Shown in pieces: positions 31,316 through 40,681 of a stretch of 64,000 nt of DNA (its first letter is position 1; each line of letters begins with the position of its first letter). The position numbers and the translations under genes are program-made. This stretch comes from an uncultured Methanoregulaceae archaeon (GTDB lineage Archaea; Halobacteriota; Methanomicrobia; Methanomicrobiales; Methanospirillaceae). The stretch lies in the NCBI GenBank assembly GCA_963717525.1, contig OY970343.1, positions 1,280,001 through 1,344,000 of the forward strand, in the 5' to 3' direction. The notes under the pieces are model-generated. The model was not told where the DNA came from, made no database searches, and was given only the letters and a program-made list of their open reading frames with translations.

Positions 31316-31870
31316 ATGCAGGACCATGAGCAGAAAAACACCTGCGCATCTGTGCCGTTCCGGACAATTGCCCATATCTATGACCCGGATGACCCGTCGC
31401 CAGAGGACAGCCGCGAGCTTTCGGACCGGGCCGAAAAAGCGATCTTCCTTACGGTGCTGGAAGGACAAAAAGGAGCGCATAAAGCGCTGTGTAGCCATCT
31501 TGAGATTCTTCTCCCGGCACCCGACCTGGCACCCGACCGTCTGGCCGCGATCACCAGAGCGATCCGGTCCCATTTCCAGCGCCGGGCGGATGAGGTGAAA
31601 CGGGACATGAAACTGACACAAAAGGTCGGGCTCCGGCAGTTCCGGCTTACCCTTGCCGTATGGATTCCCTCATTTGCCGGTATTGCCGTCTGTTCCCAGT
31701 TCAAGGGGAACCCGGTAAGCGAGGTTGTTGAGAATGTCTTGGTGATCCTGTGCTGGGTGACCCTCTGGCAGCCGTTCCAGGTGCTGGTCTTTGACCGGTG
31801 GACGCAGGCGGAAACCGCAAAGGTGTACCGGAAGATCGCGGAGATGGAGATCGGGGTCCGGGCAGCCTGA
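31316..31870 (+). CDS. Hypothetical membrane protein (two C-terminal TM helices)
   Basis: IYDPDDPSP..RELS..AE, LVILCWVTLWQP. Confidence 0.75.
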   Translation: MQDHEQKNTCASVPFRTIAHIYDPDDPSPEDSRELSDRAEKAIFLTVLEGQKGAHKALCSHLEILLPAPDLAPDRLAAITRAIRSHFQRRADEVKRDMKLTQKVGLRQFRLTLAVWIPSFAGIAVCSQFKGNPVSEVVENVLVILCWVTLWQPFQVLVFDRWTQAETAKVYRKIAEMEIGVRAA

Positions 31871-32330
31871 TTCTGCCGGCTGAAAAAAATAAGGCTCTGG
31901 TTTTTTAGCGTTAGCGAAAACAAAAAATACCATGATCGCGCCAGAATCGCTATCCGGCGGGGTGGTAAAAAGTCACGACAACGCGGAAGGCCTAAGCCTG
32001 TGAACGCGAATGATCCCCTGCGATATCGCACCGACGATCCATCCGTTCGATCCGGTTTCCCGGTTTCGTTTCCGGCCAATCTGGAACCCCTCTGTTTTCT
32101 AGGCTTCCTTTAGGATTCCCGTTTATTTTCCCGTTTATTTCGTTTTATACGAGTAAAAGGAAAGGAAAAAGTTGCAACATTTTCTAAGTGAAAAACCGGA
32201 AAATCCGGATCCGGGATCCGGACCGGACCCGGATCGCCGGACCGCCGGATCACAAAAAATATTGCCGCACACAACGAAAATAAAATCAGCAGAAAAATTA
32301 AAAGGACTATCAGGAGGGGAATGAGAAATT

Positions 32331-32840
32331 ATGGATCCTAAAGAACAATTTTTACCGTTCTTTCTCTGGGATGGCGATGAAAATCCCACAACGTTAATAG
32401 AGAATATTCTCCCGCTAGCATCGAAATTCTCAAACGCTCCTGAAAAGAAATTAAAAGAAATGATTTCAACAGAGGTGTTGACCGTCGTCAAGAGGAAATA
32501 TGCAAATTTTGAATTCGAGACAACATTCGATGAGAATGGAATTTTTCATTTGAAACGCGATAATTACGATTGTTTGCCCACGTTGTCGACAGGAGACCGG
32601 ATTGTTCTTTGGCTGTCTCTTCTGGCTGGATTAAGAAAATCTACAAAATGTCAGCTGCCGCTCATCCTGGACAGTCCATTTTCCCATCTCGATATTTTGC
32701 ACAGAACTTCTCTCATAGACTTCCTCAAGGATACCCTACAGGGTGAGCAGGTAATCTGCATCGGCTCTGAATTGGAATTCGAGTCAGTGATGGATATCTT
32801 AACGCCTATCACAAACAGCCATTATCGTCTGGGAAATTAA
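32331..32840 (+). CDS. Isolated C-terminal half of an SMC/Rad50/DndD-like ABC ATPase
   Basis: Signature LSTGD, Walker B/D-loop LPLILDSPFSHLD..HR, QVI; no Walker A. Confidence 0.7.
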   Translation: MDPKEQFLPFFLWDGDENPTTLIENILPLASKFSNAPEKKLKEMISTEVLTVVKRKYANFEFETTFDENGIFHLKRDNYDCLPTLSTGDRIVLWLSLLAGLRKSTKCQLPLILDSPFSHLDILHRTSLIDFLKDTLQGEQVICIGSELEFESVMDILTPITNSHYRLGN

Positions 32841-32898
32841 TGAGTTGCCTCTCTCTAAAAGGCCTCACTAATCATAGTGCGTTTTTCAGAAATATATG

Positions 32899-34434
32899 TT
32901 ATCTCATATTGATTCGGATAGTGTTTTCCTGCATCTCAAGCAAGGGATTATCGAATTTCAATACTTCTTCTGCCCATTCGTTAATATCGTCAAATGTCGA
33001 AGTTAGGCTGATTGCCCCCAGGTTACATTGTATGAGGATTTTCGTAAAATTTTCTGTAGATATCTCTGTTAATCCTTCAATATTTTTTAAAACGGGATAA
33101 TACCTTGAATCAAGACGATTCAAAGTATCCAGCGGGAATTGTAGATCATATCCTTGATTTTGGTTAACCGCAGGTTTTTCTGTCAGCTGAGAACTGGTTA
33201 ATTCGGTTTCATCAGAAGAAACACCATCTTTCGAACCGAGTATTGTATCCATTTTGTCTTTGTTTTTATTGTGTTTTATCCGTTTTTCTTCGATCTCTAC
33301 CAAATTTAACGAAATATAAGTTGGATCAGGATGTAATGTCTCTTCGCTCTCTTGAGTGATGGAGAAATCAATATCCTTTATTGAGGATGCTGTATTGTCA
33401 GGCCCAACACTCGGGAATTTAACGAGAGATTCACCCGTGAGAGAACGATCATTATCCGGTTCTTGATCCGTTGTTGTATCAACAAAGGGAATAGATATTT
33501 GATTTGGTAAATTATCTTTATCGAAATCGTCGTTATTCTGAACGGACTCTTGATCTTTGAGAGGTTTTACGTCTTCAAAAAAATCGTCCAATTTTTTTAG
33601 AGACTTTGCGGCATCACTGTAATCAATAAGATCAGAATCTTGTATCTGCTCATTAGGAATTGATTCATCTTGTAACGGAATGCTCTCTCCACGGTTTGAA
33701 GGACCTGATTTTATTATTAGGACTGGATGCGGCCGAACCAATGTTCTCGCTACTTCTTCCGGTGTTGTTTTCATTGCTGAAACAGAACGATTTGTAGGAG
33801 TTTCATAAGGTATTTTTGAGGATACATTCTGTTCTTTTTTGATGAGCACGTTTGGTACGACGTTCACCCTTGTGAAAGGTGGGTTCGATGGCTTTTCTGT
33901 AGGCTCTGATTGTGTGGACTTCCGGTTGTCGATAGTTTTTTGTTGGTTTTGAGTGTCGATCAATACGGGTGAAATTTCATTTTTTATTTTTGCACCGCAA
34001 TGAGGACAATATTTTGCAGTGTCGTCAGTAATCAGCATGTAACATTTTGAACACCGAATTGGGTTTTCACTTCTAATTGTTTTTTTATAAGCGGAATGCA
34101 TACGGGCACTAATAATAAGAAAATAAATGAATGAGATCAGGGTGAGTATGCCAAAAAAACTGAATATGCATTTTATCAAGCATAACTGATAATTTATATT
34201 TCTTGGATCTTTTCTTTCATAATTGAGGAAAATGCCGTCCAAAATCAGATTTATCAACAAAATGAGTCCTAATAACATCGCAATAGGACTATGATAATTT
34301 GGAGAATCAATCTCAAAAAATAAAGAGAGAAACGCCAATCCAAATAAACCGGATATAACGATATCCAATCCGATAACGCAGTGGAAAATTATCGAATACC
34401 TGAAAGATAGATACTGGGTTTTGGCCCCATCCAT
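32899..34434 (-). CDS. Membrane protein with zinc ribbon, acidic disordered linker and C-terminal TerB-C-like domain
   Basis: Three N-terminal TM segments; CSKC..YCPHCG; C-terminal FDDINEWAEEVL..DNPLLE. Confidence 0.6.
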   Translation of the reverse strand: MDGAKTQYLSFRYSIIFHCVIGLDIVISGLFGLAFLSLFFEIDSPNYHSPIAMLLGLILLINLILDGIFLNYERKDPRNINYQLCLIKCIFSFFGILTLISFIYFLIISARMHSAYKKTIRSENPIRCSKCYMLITDDTAKYCPHCGAKIKNEISPVLIDTQNQQKTIDNRKSTQSEPTEKPSNPPFTRVNVVPNVLIKKEQNVSSKIPYETPTNRSVSAMKTTPEEVARTLVRPHPVLIIKSGPSNRGESIPLQDESIPNEQIQDSDLIDYSDAAKSLKKLDDFFEDVKPLKDQESVQNNDDFDKDNLPNQISIPFVDTTTDQEPDNDRSLTGESLVKFPSVGPDNTASSIKDIDFSITQESEETLHPDPTYISLNLVEIEEKRIKHNKNKDKMDTILGSKDGVSSDETELTSSQLTEKPAVNQNQGYDLQFPLDTLNRLDSRYYPVLKNIEGLTEISTENFTKILIQCNLGAISLTSTFDDINEWAEEVLKFDNPLLEMQENTIRINMR

Positions 34435-34623
34435 GTTGAAGAATATATTGTGGGGGGACGTTATATTTTCCCTAGGTCTGATATCGATCTAACAATGATG
34501 AAAATACGGCAAATTGTTTTTGAAAAACGCTCAAAATCCGGATTTTTGTAAGAAGGGTCAGGCCGGGATCCGGATCGAAAATTCAGATGTGAGTCTGGAA
34601 TGAGTGTGAGGAGTAATAGGCGT

Positions 34624-35225
34624 TTATATCCCGCGCCTCTTCCGGGCTCGATAGAGGGTCATTACAGGGACATTGAAATGCTGTGCGATGTCTTCCCAGT
34701 TATCCCCCGCTGCTCTCATCTGTTCAACCACTGCAAAGTCTATATCCGCGCGGGGACGGCCAAGAGTCTTTCCCTCATCACGCGCGCGGTCCAGTCCCAA
34801 TTTTGTTCTCTCGACAAGGTTATCCCGCTCCCGCTGTGCAACCCAGGAGAGGACCATTAAGAGGAGCTGCCGGATGTTCTTATCTTCCGAGTGAGTAAAG
34901 GCCTCGTTTGGTGACAGACTCCATACAAGAACGCCAAGACCTTCGATCTCCTCTATGATGTTGATAGTCTCCAGAGTCGTACGGCCGAGGCGGGAGATCT
35001 CATACACATAGAGGTATTTTACCGTCTCCCTGTGCTCTTGGATAAATGATAACAGACGGGAAAAGGCGGGTCTCTCATGGGGCTTCTTGGTCCCGGAGAC
35101 ACCCTTGTCTATAAAGATACAGTCCCGCACCACACCGGCTTTGATAGCTCCCGGCACTGGTTATCCGGGTCCTGTTCCATCGTTGAAACCCGGACATATC
35201 CAACTTTCTCACATTTGAATGACAT
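34624..35225 (-). CDS. Serine recombinase (resolvase/invertase), frameshifted at ~35146
   Basis: Manual translation from ATG 35225: KVGYVRVSTMEQ..NQ; then DKGVSG..RPAF, ISRLGR, ER..GL..AR..G..LGRP, C-terminal HTH. Confidence 0.92.
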
Positions 35226-35250
35226 AACAATAACCTATTAACTTAATTGC

Positions 35251-35280
35251 ATATAACAATATCGTTCTTTTTTGTTATAT
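35251..35280. promoter_or_regulatory. Inverted repeat upstream of resolvase (candidate res subsite)
   Basis: ATATAACAA-N12-TTGTTATAT; extra ATAACAAT half-site at 35224. Confidence 0.5.
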
Positions 35281-35536
35281 CTCCCCTTAGCAGTACATTA
35301 GAATTTATTACGAAATATTTTGTTTTGAGATAAATTATTCAAGAAAATTTTCATAATTGTGTGTACGTAAGGGTAGGCCAGCACCTCGGTGGGGAGCCTC
35401 CCTTGCCCACATAGTTTAGACACTAATATAAAAATATTCTGTTTTGTTCGCGGTCAATCCACTACATGAAAGGTTAGTAATGCGTGACGGTTCGTAAAGT
35501 TAGAAAATGAATCTACTCTGACCTTGTAAGATATTG

Positions 35537-36016
35537 TTACCCGGATAAATTACTTTTTATCACTTTCTTAAATTCTTCTAACTTCATTGTCTCTGGTTTA
35601 GAAAAACCCGCGTCTTGTAATTTTGATGGAATCCGGTACTTAATCAGGTTCTTATCTGAAGTTAAAAAATAGTTATCAGAATATGCAATTGCATAAGCCA
35701 GATGTGTCCGATCTGTGGGTTCACGAATCATCCGTGTATCAATCTCATCTTCTCCCATCTGAAAGCAGAGGATACGCACACCATCATTAGGAAAATGAAC
35801 CGCGATGTTCCAATCATCAAGGAAGCCGTTTAATGCAAAAATATAATCCATTCCGTTTTCTTTTTCGTGCATCTGGGTAAACGCTTCACCCAAAACCGAA
35901 ATCGATGTACAAATATTATAACCAGCGTTTAACGCATGTTCCAAAGTTGTTTTTAGCTGCGGTTTCTCAAAACACTGAAAAAAAATAGGTGTATCTAAAA
36001 AGAGGGAGTGATTCAT
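35537..36016 (-). CDS. PIN-domain (VapC-like) ribonuclease toxin
   Basis: LFLDT, SVLGE, DRTHLAYA, FLTSDKNL. Confidence 0.8.
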   Translation of the reverse strand: MNHSLFLDTPIFFQCFEKPQLKTTLEHALNAGYNICTSISVLGEAFTQMHEKENGMDYIFALNGFLDDWNIAVHFPNDGVRILCFQMGEDEIDTRMIREPTDRTHLAYAIAYSDNYFLTSDKNLIKYRIPSKLQDAGFSKPETMKLEEFKKVIKSNLSG

Positions 36017-36171
36017 GCGAGGATCGCTTTAAGACGTTTCATCATAGCACGGTATTCATCTTCACCAATGGCAGATGATATCTTTCCCTTGGTCACCGAG
36101 CCCCCATAGGGAAGCATCCCACGTTGGTAAGGTTTACCAATTACTTCATCCGGATTGAACTTTTTAGTCAT
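36013..36171 (-). CDS. 52-aa putative antitoxin
   Basis: GGAGG RBS before MTKKFNPDEVIGKPY; its stop overlaps the PIN start (ATGA). Confidence 0.6.
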   Translation of the reverse strand: MTKKFNPDEVIGKPYQRGMLPYGGSVTKGKISSAIGEDEYRAMMKRLKAILA

Positions 36172-36348
36172 ATCCAGCCTCCACCCTTCGTTCTGAATAT
36201 CATGTATGCACATACATGATATTAAATCCTCACATGTTTCATGACACATTTCGTTCCATAGCGTCGATGAAAACTTGATATCATTATACTATCTCTTTCG
36301 TTTTTAAGCTTAGAAAAGTATCTATTCAGAGGATTAATGATCCTGGTT

Positions 36349-36486
36349 TCAAAGTCCCCTCAAAGCCACGGGTAACACTCAAAGTACTCCCACTTTTTAG
36401 AGATATACCTCTCGTATATATTTTGTATTTGTTCTTTTATTTTCTATTAGACTGATTTGAGAAAAAAAAGGAGGAGTACTTGGAGT
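36349..36486. other. Putative replication origin of the element
   Basis: 22-bp imperfect IR (36377-36398 / 36465-36486) around an AT-rich core, three TCAAAG direct repeats, directly 3' of the helicase gene. Confidence 0.55.
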
Positions 36487-36498
36487 CAGAAAAGAATG

Positions 36499-38232
36499 TT
36501 AAATCAGGCTTTCCGGCTCTGGTTTTACCTCGTTGAAATTTCCATTCCAAGAGTAAGGGCCCTGGTAAACGGGGATGTTGCACTTCCTGTCACCAATTCG
36601 TAAAGAGGTCTTAGTAGGGGTGAGCTTGTATGCTTGCAGGTCCCGGGTAAATTTGTTTAGTGAGGGCATCCTTTTTCTCGGATCTATATGTTCGAGATCA
36701 CAAAACTTTTGGTACTGTTCAAAGAATTTCTTACGGTCGAACATGCAGATGTCGGATGCCCTAGCATTCTCTGTCATCTTATCTTTGATGAACTGGCAGA
36801 GCGGATCCGCTGCCATGCTCCAACGTTCCATCACCCCTTCCGCATCCCTGTTTATGGTAAGCTTACCCTTTTTCCTGATGGATCCGATTGCCTCGATTAC
36901 GAGGTTCAGGAAGCTCGTGTACATCTGATTAGTGAACATCCGGGCCGTGAAGGTATCATCTACTTCGTAAGAGTATGGAAAACGGACATACTCCCATCGT
37001 TCCCAAAATGCAGGGTCATACTTCACGTCATCGGGATATTTCGGCGGATGATTACAGGTGAATACGTGCGGACAGGTTATAGTACCCTTGTAGGACTGTC
37101 GGCCCTTCCGTTCGATATTATGACGGCAGGACCCGGTAAACGTTTTGAACTTCCCCACATTTTTCAGCGGTATCTCCGAGAGGTCATCGTAGATATTGAG
37201 TATCTTACCTTCGAGGTCCCCGGCCACAAAACGATCTTCGCATATTGATTGGAGAGAGCGGGCGGATATTTGATCATTCCCGAAAAACCCGGTTAAAAAC
37301 TCAATGTACGTACTCTTGCCGGCGTTTGGTTCGCCTTGGGCGATATAGTTCTTCTTGTAAGTCGTCTGGAGCTGTGCCTGGAGGATTGCCTGTGCTGCGA
37401 TCTGAATCAAGAGCGGAACATCTTCGGGCTCTACCCACGAAAGCAGAAGGTTCCGAGCCGCATCTCCCTTGATACTGGCGTCATAGGTAACGGGAATACG
37501 ATAGGTGAATAGGTGCTGCGGTCCAGGCGGCAGGAGTTTGCCGGCTCTGGTCTTATCATCGAGTTTCAGGATACCATTTTCTAACGGGATAAGATCCTTT
37601 ACCTGATTAAATGGGTACTCGCACTGGGGATTTGTGGCAAGAAGATAAGCGAGGATATCCCGGATGTCTCGTGTGATACTACACTTTGCCCCGGTCACTT
37701 CAATGATGATGCGGATCGCCTGCTCCAAATCTCCCGCATTTTCCCGATAAATGCCGCTTTCTTTGTCGTAAACAAAGAGTGTTTTGTTAAAGCTCATCGT
37801 GTTAAATTGCTCGTGCAGGTGTATTGCTATCGCTGGATGCTCAAGTACGACCGTGCCCCTACTGCTTGTCCTGGTGAAACTGTCTAAAAGTGCGTGCTGC
37901 CGCTGTGCCTCCCGGTCCCGCTGCATGATCTCATATCGCTCGCGGACCTTCGGATCTTGTGCTGCCTGAGTAAGAGTCTCTCGGAGGGTATCCGTGTTCA
38001 TCAAGTCGAACCCTTTTGGCAGGCGCTGGAGTTTATCAAGTGCGGCGCATAGTGCCGGGTGGTCCATGCTGGCGATCTTCGCATCAGGATAATCTGGGTG
38101 CTGCCATACTGCCGGGGCTGGTGCCAGTTGCTCGGCTGCGGGTTCTGAGATGGATCGGTTCATGGTGGCGATCAGAAATTCTTGGGTCTTTGCGTCTACG
38201 AGTGCTGCCCTGGTTGGTACGGTTTCAATCAA
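36499..38232 (-). CDS. P4/D5-family superfamily 3 helicase (Rep)
   Basis: D5_N-like LIPLENGIL..FTYRIPVTYD; Walker A GEPNAGKST; Walker B NIYDDL; FTCN; C-terminal wHTH-like region. Confidence 0.9.
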   Translation of the reverse strand: MIETVPTRAALVDAKTQEFLIATMNRSISEPAAEQLAPAPAVWQHPDYPDAKIASMDHPALCAALDKLQRLPKGFDLMNTDTLRETLTQAAQDPKVRERYEIMQRDREAQRQHALLDSFTRTSSRGTVVLEHPAIAIHLHEQFNTMSFNKTLFVYDKESGIYRENAGDLEQAIRIIIEVTGAKCSITRDIRDILAYLLATNPQCEYPFNQVKDLIPLENGILKLDDKTRAGKLLPPGPQHLFTYRIPVTYDASIKGDAARNLLLSWVEPEDVPLLIQIAAQAILQAQLQTTYKKNYIAQGEPNAGKSTYIEFLTGFFGNDQISARSLQSICEDRFVAGDLEGKILNIYDDLSEIPLKNVGKFKTFTGSCRHNIERKGRQSYKGTITCPHVFTCNHPPKYPDDVKYDPAFWERWEYVRFPYSYEVDDTFTARMFTNQMYTSFLNLVIEAIGSIRKKGKLTINRDAEGVMERWSMAADPLCQFIKDKMTENARASDICMFDRKKFFEQYQKFCDLEHIDPRKRMPSLNKFTRDLQAYKLTPTKTSLRIGDRKCNIPVYQGPYSWNGNFNEVKPEPESLI

Positions 38233-38250
38233 TCCAGCGCACCCCCACCT

Positions 38251-38430
38251 TTATCCCTCATTAAAATTGTCTATCAGTCTCCATCTGCCATCTTTGAGAC
38301 ATGCGACAGCAACCAGATAATGAAGTGGGCTGGTTGCTTTCAGGTGCTCCAGAGTCTCCTGGTCGATGGTGAAGCCCGGGATGGGCCGGGGTTGCGGCAA
38401 GGTTGAAGTACCGGAACAAAGAGAGCTCAT
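38251..38430 (-). CDS. 59-aa hypothetical protein not in the ORF track
   Basis: MSSLCSG..FTIDQETLEHLKATSPLHYLVAVACLKDGRWRLIDNFNEG*; ATGA overlap with the upstream gene; ends 18 bp before rep. Confidence 0.6.
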   Translation of the reverse strand: MSSLCSGTSTLPQPRPIPGFTIDQETLEHLKATSPLHYLVAVACLKDGRWRLIDNFNEG

Positions 38431-38660
38431 ACGTCCACCTGCTTGTCAGTGCTGGATAGGGATGTCGGGGCCTTGGTGTTGGTAGCATTATCGGCCCCTG
38501 CATTGCCTTCTTTCATTTTCCTTTCAAGTGCCAAGCGTAATTCCTTCGATAACGAAATTTCCTGTTCTTTTGCGAAATCTCGAAGATGACGAGGTATGGT
38601 CACATTTGTATGAATTAATTCCTCGCCATCTGATCGAATTGTCAGTGTTACCATTTTCAC
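38427..38660 (-). CDS. Small ribbon-helix-helix DNA-binding protein
   Basis: TNVTIPRHLRDFAKEQEISLSKELRLALE pattern. Confidence 0.75.
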   Translation of the reverse strand: MKMVTLTIRSDGEELIHTNVTIPRHLRDFAKEQEISLSKELRLALERKMKEGNAGADNATNTKAPTSLSSTDKQVDV

Positions 38661-38744
38661 TTCCTGTGGCGTGATTCACACCACAGTTATGTATATCGGT
38701 TCTGGGGTCAACATCCCTTTTAAATACAATTCAAATGTGACATT

Positions 38745-39440
38745 ATGCCTCCAACAAAAGGGCTTGCCGGAAGGAAAGCAAAATTTCTGGTAAAAAAAGG
38801 ACAATTGACTCCTCTCCGAGAATCAAAGCCTCTCAGAATAGAGCTTTATAAGATGTACCTTGAAGCACGGATTGGAAAAGGGAGAGAAGAGCTACCCACT
38901 ATTTTAAAATTCATAATTGAAAGAGGGAAAGAATCCCCAGATGGATGGGTTCCATATCCTGAAATTTTGACGCATATGAAAGAAGAGAAGTTTGACTTGT
39001 CTCGGTCTAGAATGAACCAAATCATGATAGATCTGGAAAAGCATAGGATTACAATCAGACAGAAGAGGAAAAACCTAGTTTTTTACAAAATTTCAGGAGA
39101 GGCATTGACTCCAGTTTTAACAGATTATGGAGTTAGAATAGAATATTTACGTCTAAAAAGGGCGAACAACGAACTCTCAAATAAACTAGTAATTGCAGAG
39201 TCTATCCTCAGTGAACACGATTTAATGGATAATTACGAATCTGAACTTCAAAGAATACATGATGAAAATGAGAGAAAGAAAGCGCGCCGGAGACGAATGA
39301 GCAAAGATGAAATTTTAAGGGATATTTTACAGTTAACTCCAGATGAAATGACTATTAGAAATAAATCTATTGAATCTAGTCAAGCGGTAATTCTGTTAGA
39401 TGATCTGAAAAAATTAAAACAGACTAAAAATGATAGTTAG
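38745..39440 (+). CDS. Putative winged-helix regulator with coiled coil, divergent from the rep operon
   Basis: ILKFI..EIL..LSRSRMNQIM.DLEK..I..FYKI. Confidence 0.6.
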   Translation: MPPTKGLAGRKAKFLVKKGQLTPLRESKPLRIELYKMYLEARIGKGREELPTILKFIIERGKESPDGWVPYPEILTHMKEEKFDLSRSRMNQIMIDLEKHRITIRQKRKNLVFYKISGEALTPVLTDYGVRIEYLRLKRANNELSNKLVIAESILSEHDLMDNYESELQRIHDENERKKARRRRMSKDEILRDILQLTPDEMTIRNKSIESSQAVILLDDLKKLKQTKNDS

Positions 39441-40681
39441 GCTTGATTTTTTGCCTGCACCTGTAAAAGTTCCATTTTAAACTTATCGAGTATGGCCTGA
39501 TATTCCGGCTGAAGTTCTGCCTGCTCTTTCGATTTTTTTACCTTATCCATTGCTTCTTCGGTTAGCTCAAGGCCACAATTTCCACAGAACGACAAGGTTG
39601 GACCATTGACTGTGAAACACCGGGGGCATTGTCGGGGTTCCAACGCTTCAGACTTCTTCTTTTTATCAGGTGCAATGACCCCATTCATACGGGCTATCTC
39701 ATTTTCGGTGTCAGTGTCGGTGAGATGGGCATACGTTGCAAATTGCTTTGTGATGATGTTGCCCCACATCATTTTCTTAATAATGCTCTCGCTGCATCCC
39801 TGTTGGATGAGATGAGTTATCCGCGAATGACGGAAGATATGTGGCGTTATATGCTTCTCTATTCCCGCTCTATGAGCTATCTTCGATAATTGTTTTGCTA
39901 CTCCCCGGTACTGGAGTGATTGATGCTTCCCGTTTGTCAAAAAAACAAACCCTTCATCGGTGATCTCACCGGGGTAATCGTTCTTCCATTGTGCAAGGTA
40001 TGACCGGGCCATGACAAGGGGGATAAAACGGGGCCTCTCCGTCTTGTCATTGACATTTATTACAACATTCCAGTCAGTAAATTTTACTTGTTTCCAGGTA
40101 AGTTTGCCGAGCTCGCCAACGCGGAATCCGCCTTCATACAGACAGGCAATTAGGGCACGGTCCCGGGATATCTGACATGCTTGAATCATTGCCTTGATCT
40201 GATCCTCGCTAAGGATCTGTTCAGCTGTCTTGGTCATAGTATCGTACCCGGGGGTATGAATTTTGGACAGTTTCTTTTCATCAATGGTCGAGTAGTGGTT
40301 CTCTACAAGCCACAGATGAAACCGTTTTAGAAAGCGGATAAAATCCCCTATAGTGTTTTTCTTGTACCGGAGTGAGCCATCAGGATTTTTTGCATTTTTA
40401 ATAGTATCTATAGCTGAATAGACATCAGATATGGTGTTTGTACGGTAAGGACCTACAAACTCCCTCAGTTGGGTGAGAACTACATGCAGTTTAAACGCCC
40501 GGCTGTTGCTGATCTGGGATATTGCTCTTGCTTCCGCGACAAATTCACGGATGAGCGCGGCGTCATCTTCCGTGATCATTCCACTCTTGATCTTTTTTTC
40601 AAGAGTGTTGTTCGAGTATTCCACGTACTTTGCATCACTAGCATGGAAACGTGATGTTTGGATGGTGCTGGTAGCTGCCAT
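39437..40681 (-). CDS. Tyrosine recombinase/integrase with C-terminal zinc ribbon
   Basis: RDRALI..LYEGGFRVGEL, DKT, PHIFRHSRIT, catalytic Tyr in ATYAH; CPRC..CGNC. Confidence 0.93.
   Translation of the reverse strand: MAATSTIQTSRFHASDAKYVEYSNNTLEKKIKSGMITEDDAALIREFVAEARAISQISNSRAFKLHVVLTQLREFVGPYRTNTISDVYSAIDTIKNAKNPDGSLRYKKNTIGDFIRFLKRFHLWLVENHYSTIDEKKLSKIHTPGYDTMTKTAEQILSEDQIKAMIQACQISRDRALIACLYEGGFRVGELGKLTWKQVKFTDWNVVINVNDKTERPRFIPLVMARSYLAQWKNDYPGEITDEGFVFLTNGKHQSLQYRGVAKQLSKIAHRAGIEKHITPHIFRHSRITHLIQQGCSESIIKKMMWGNIITKQFATYAHLTDTDTENEIARMNGVIAPDKKKKSEALEPRQCPRCFTVNGPTLSFCGNCGLELTEEAMDKVKKSKEQAELQPEYQAILDKFKMELLQVQAKNQA

Noticed and set aside
38261..38503. 80-aa track ORF upstream of rep
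   Set aside because: Overlaps the RHH gene by 77 bp and is Pro/Arg-rich; the 59-aa coupled ORF fits better.
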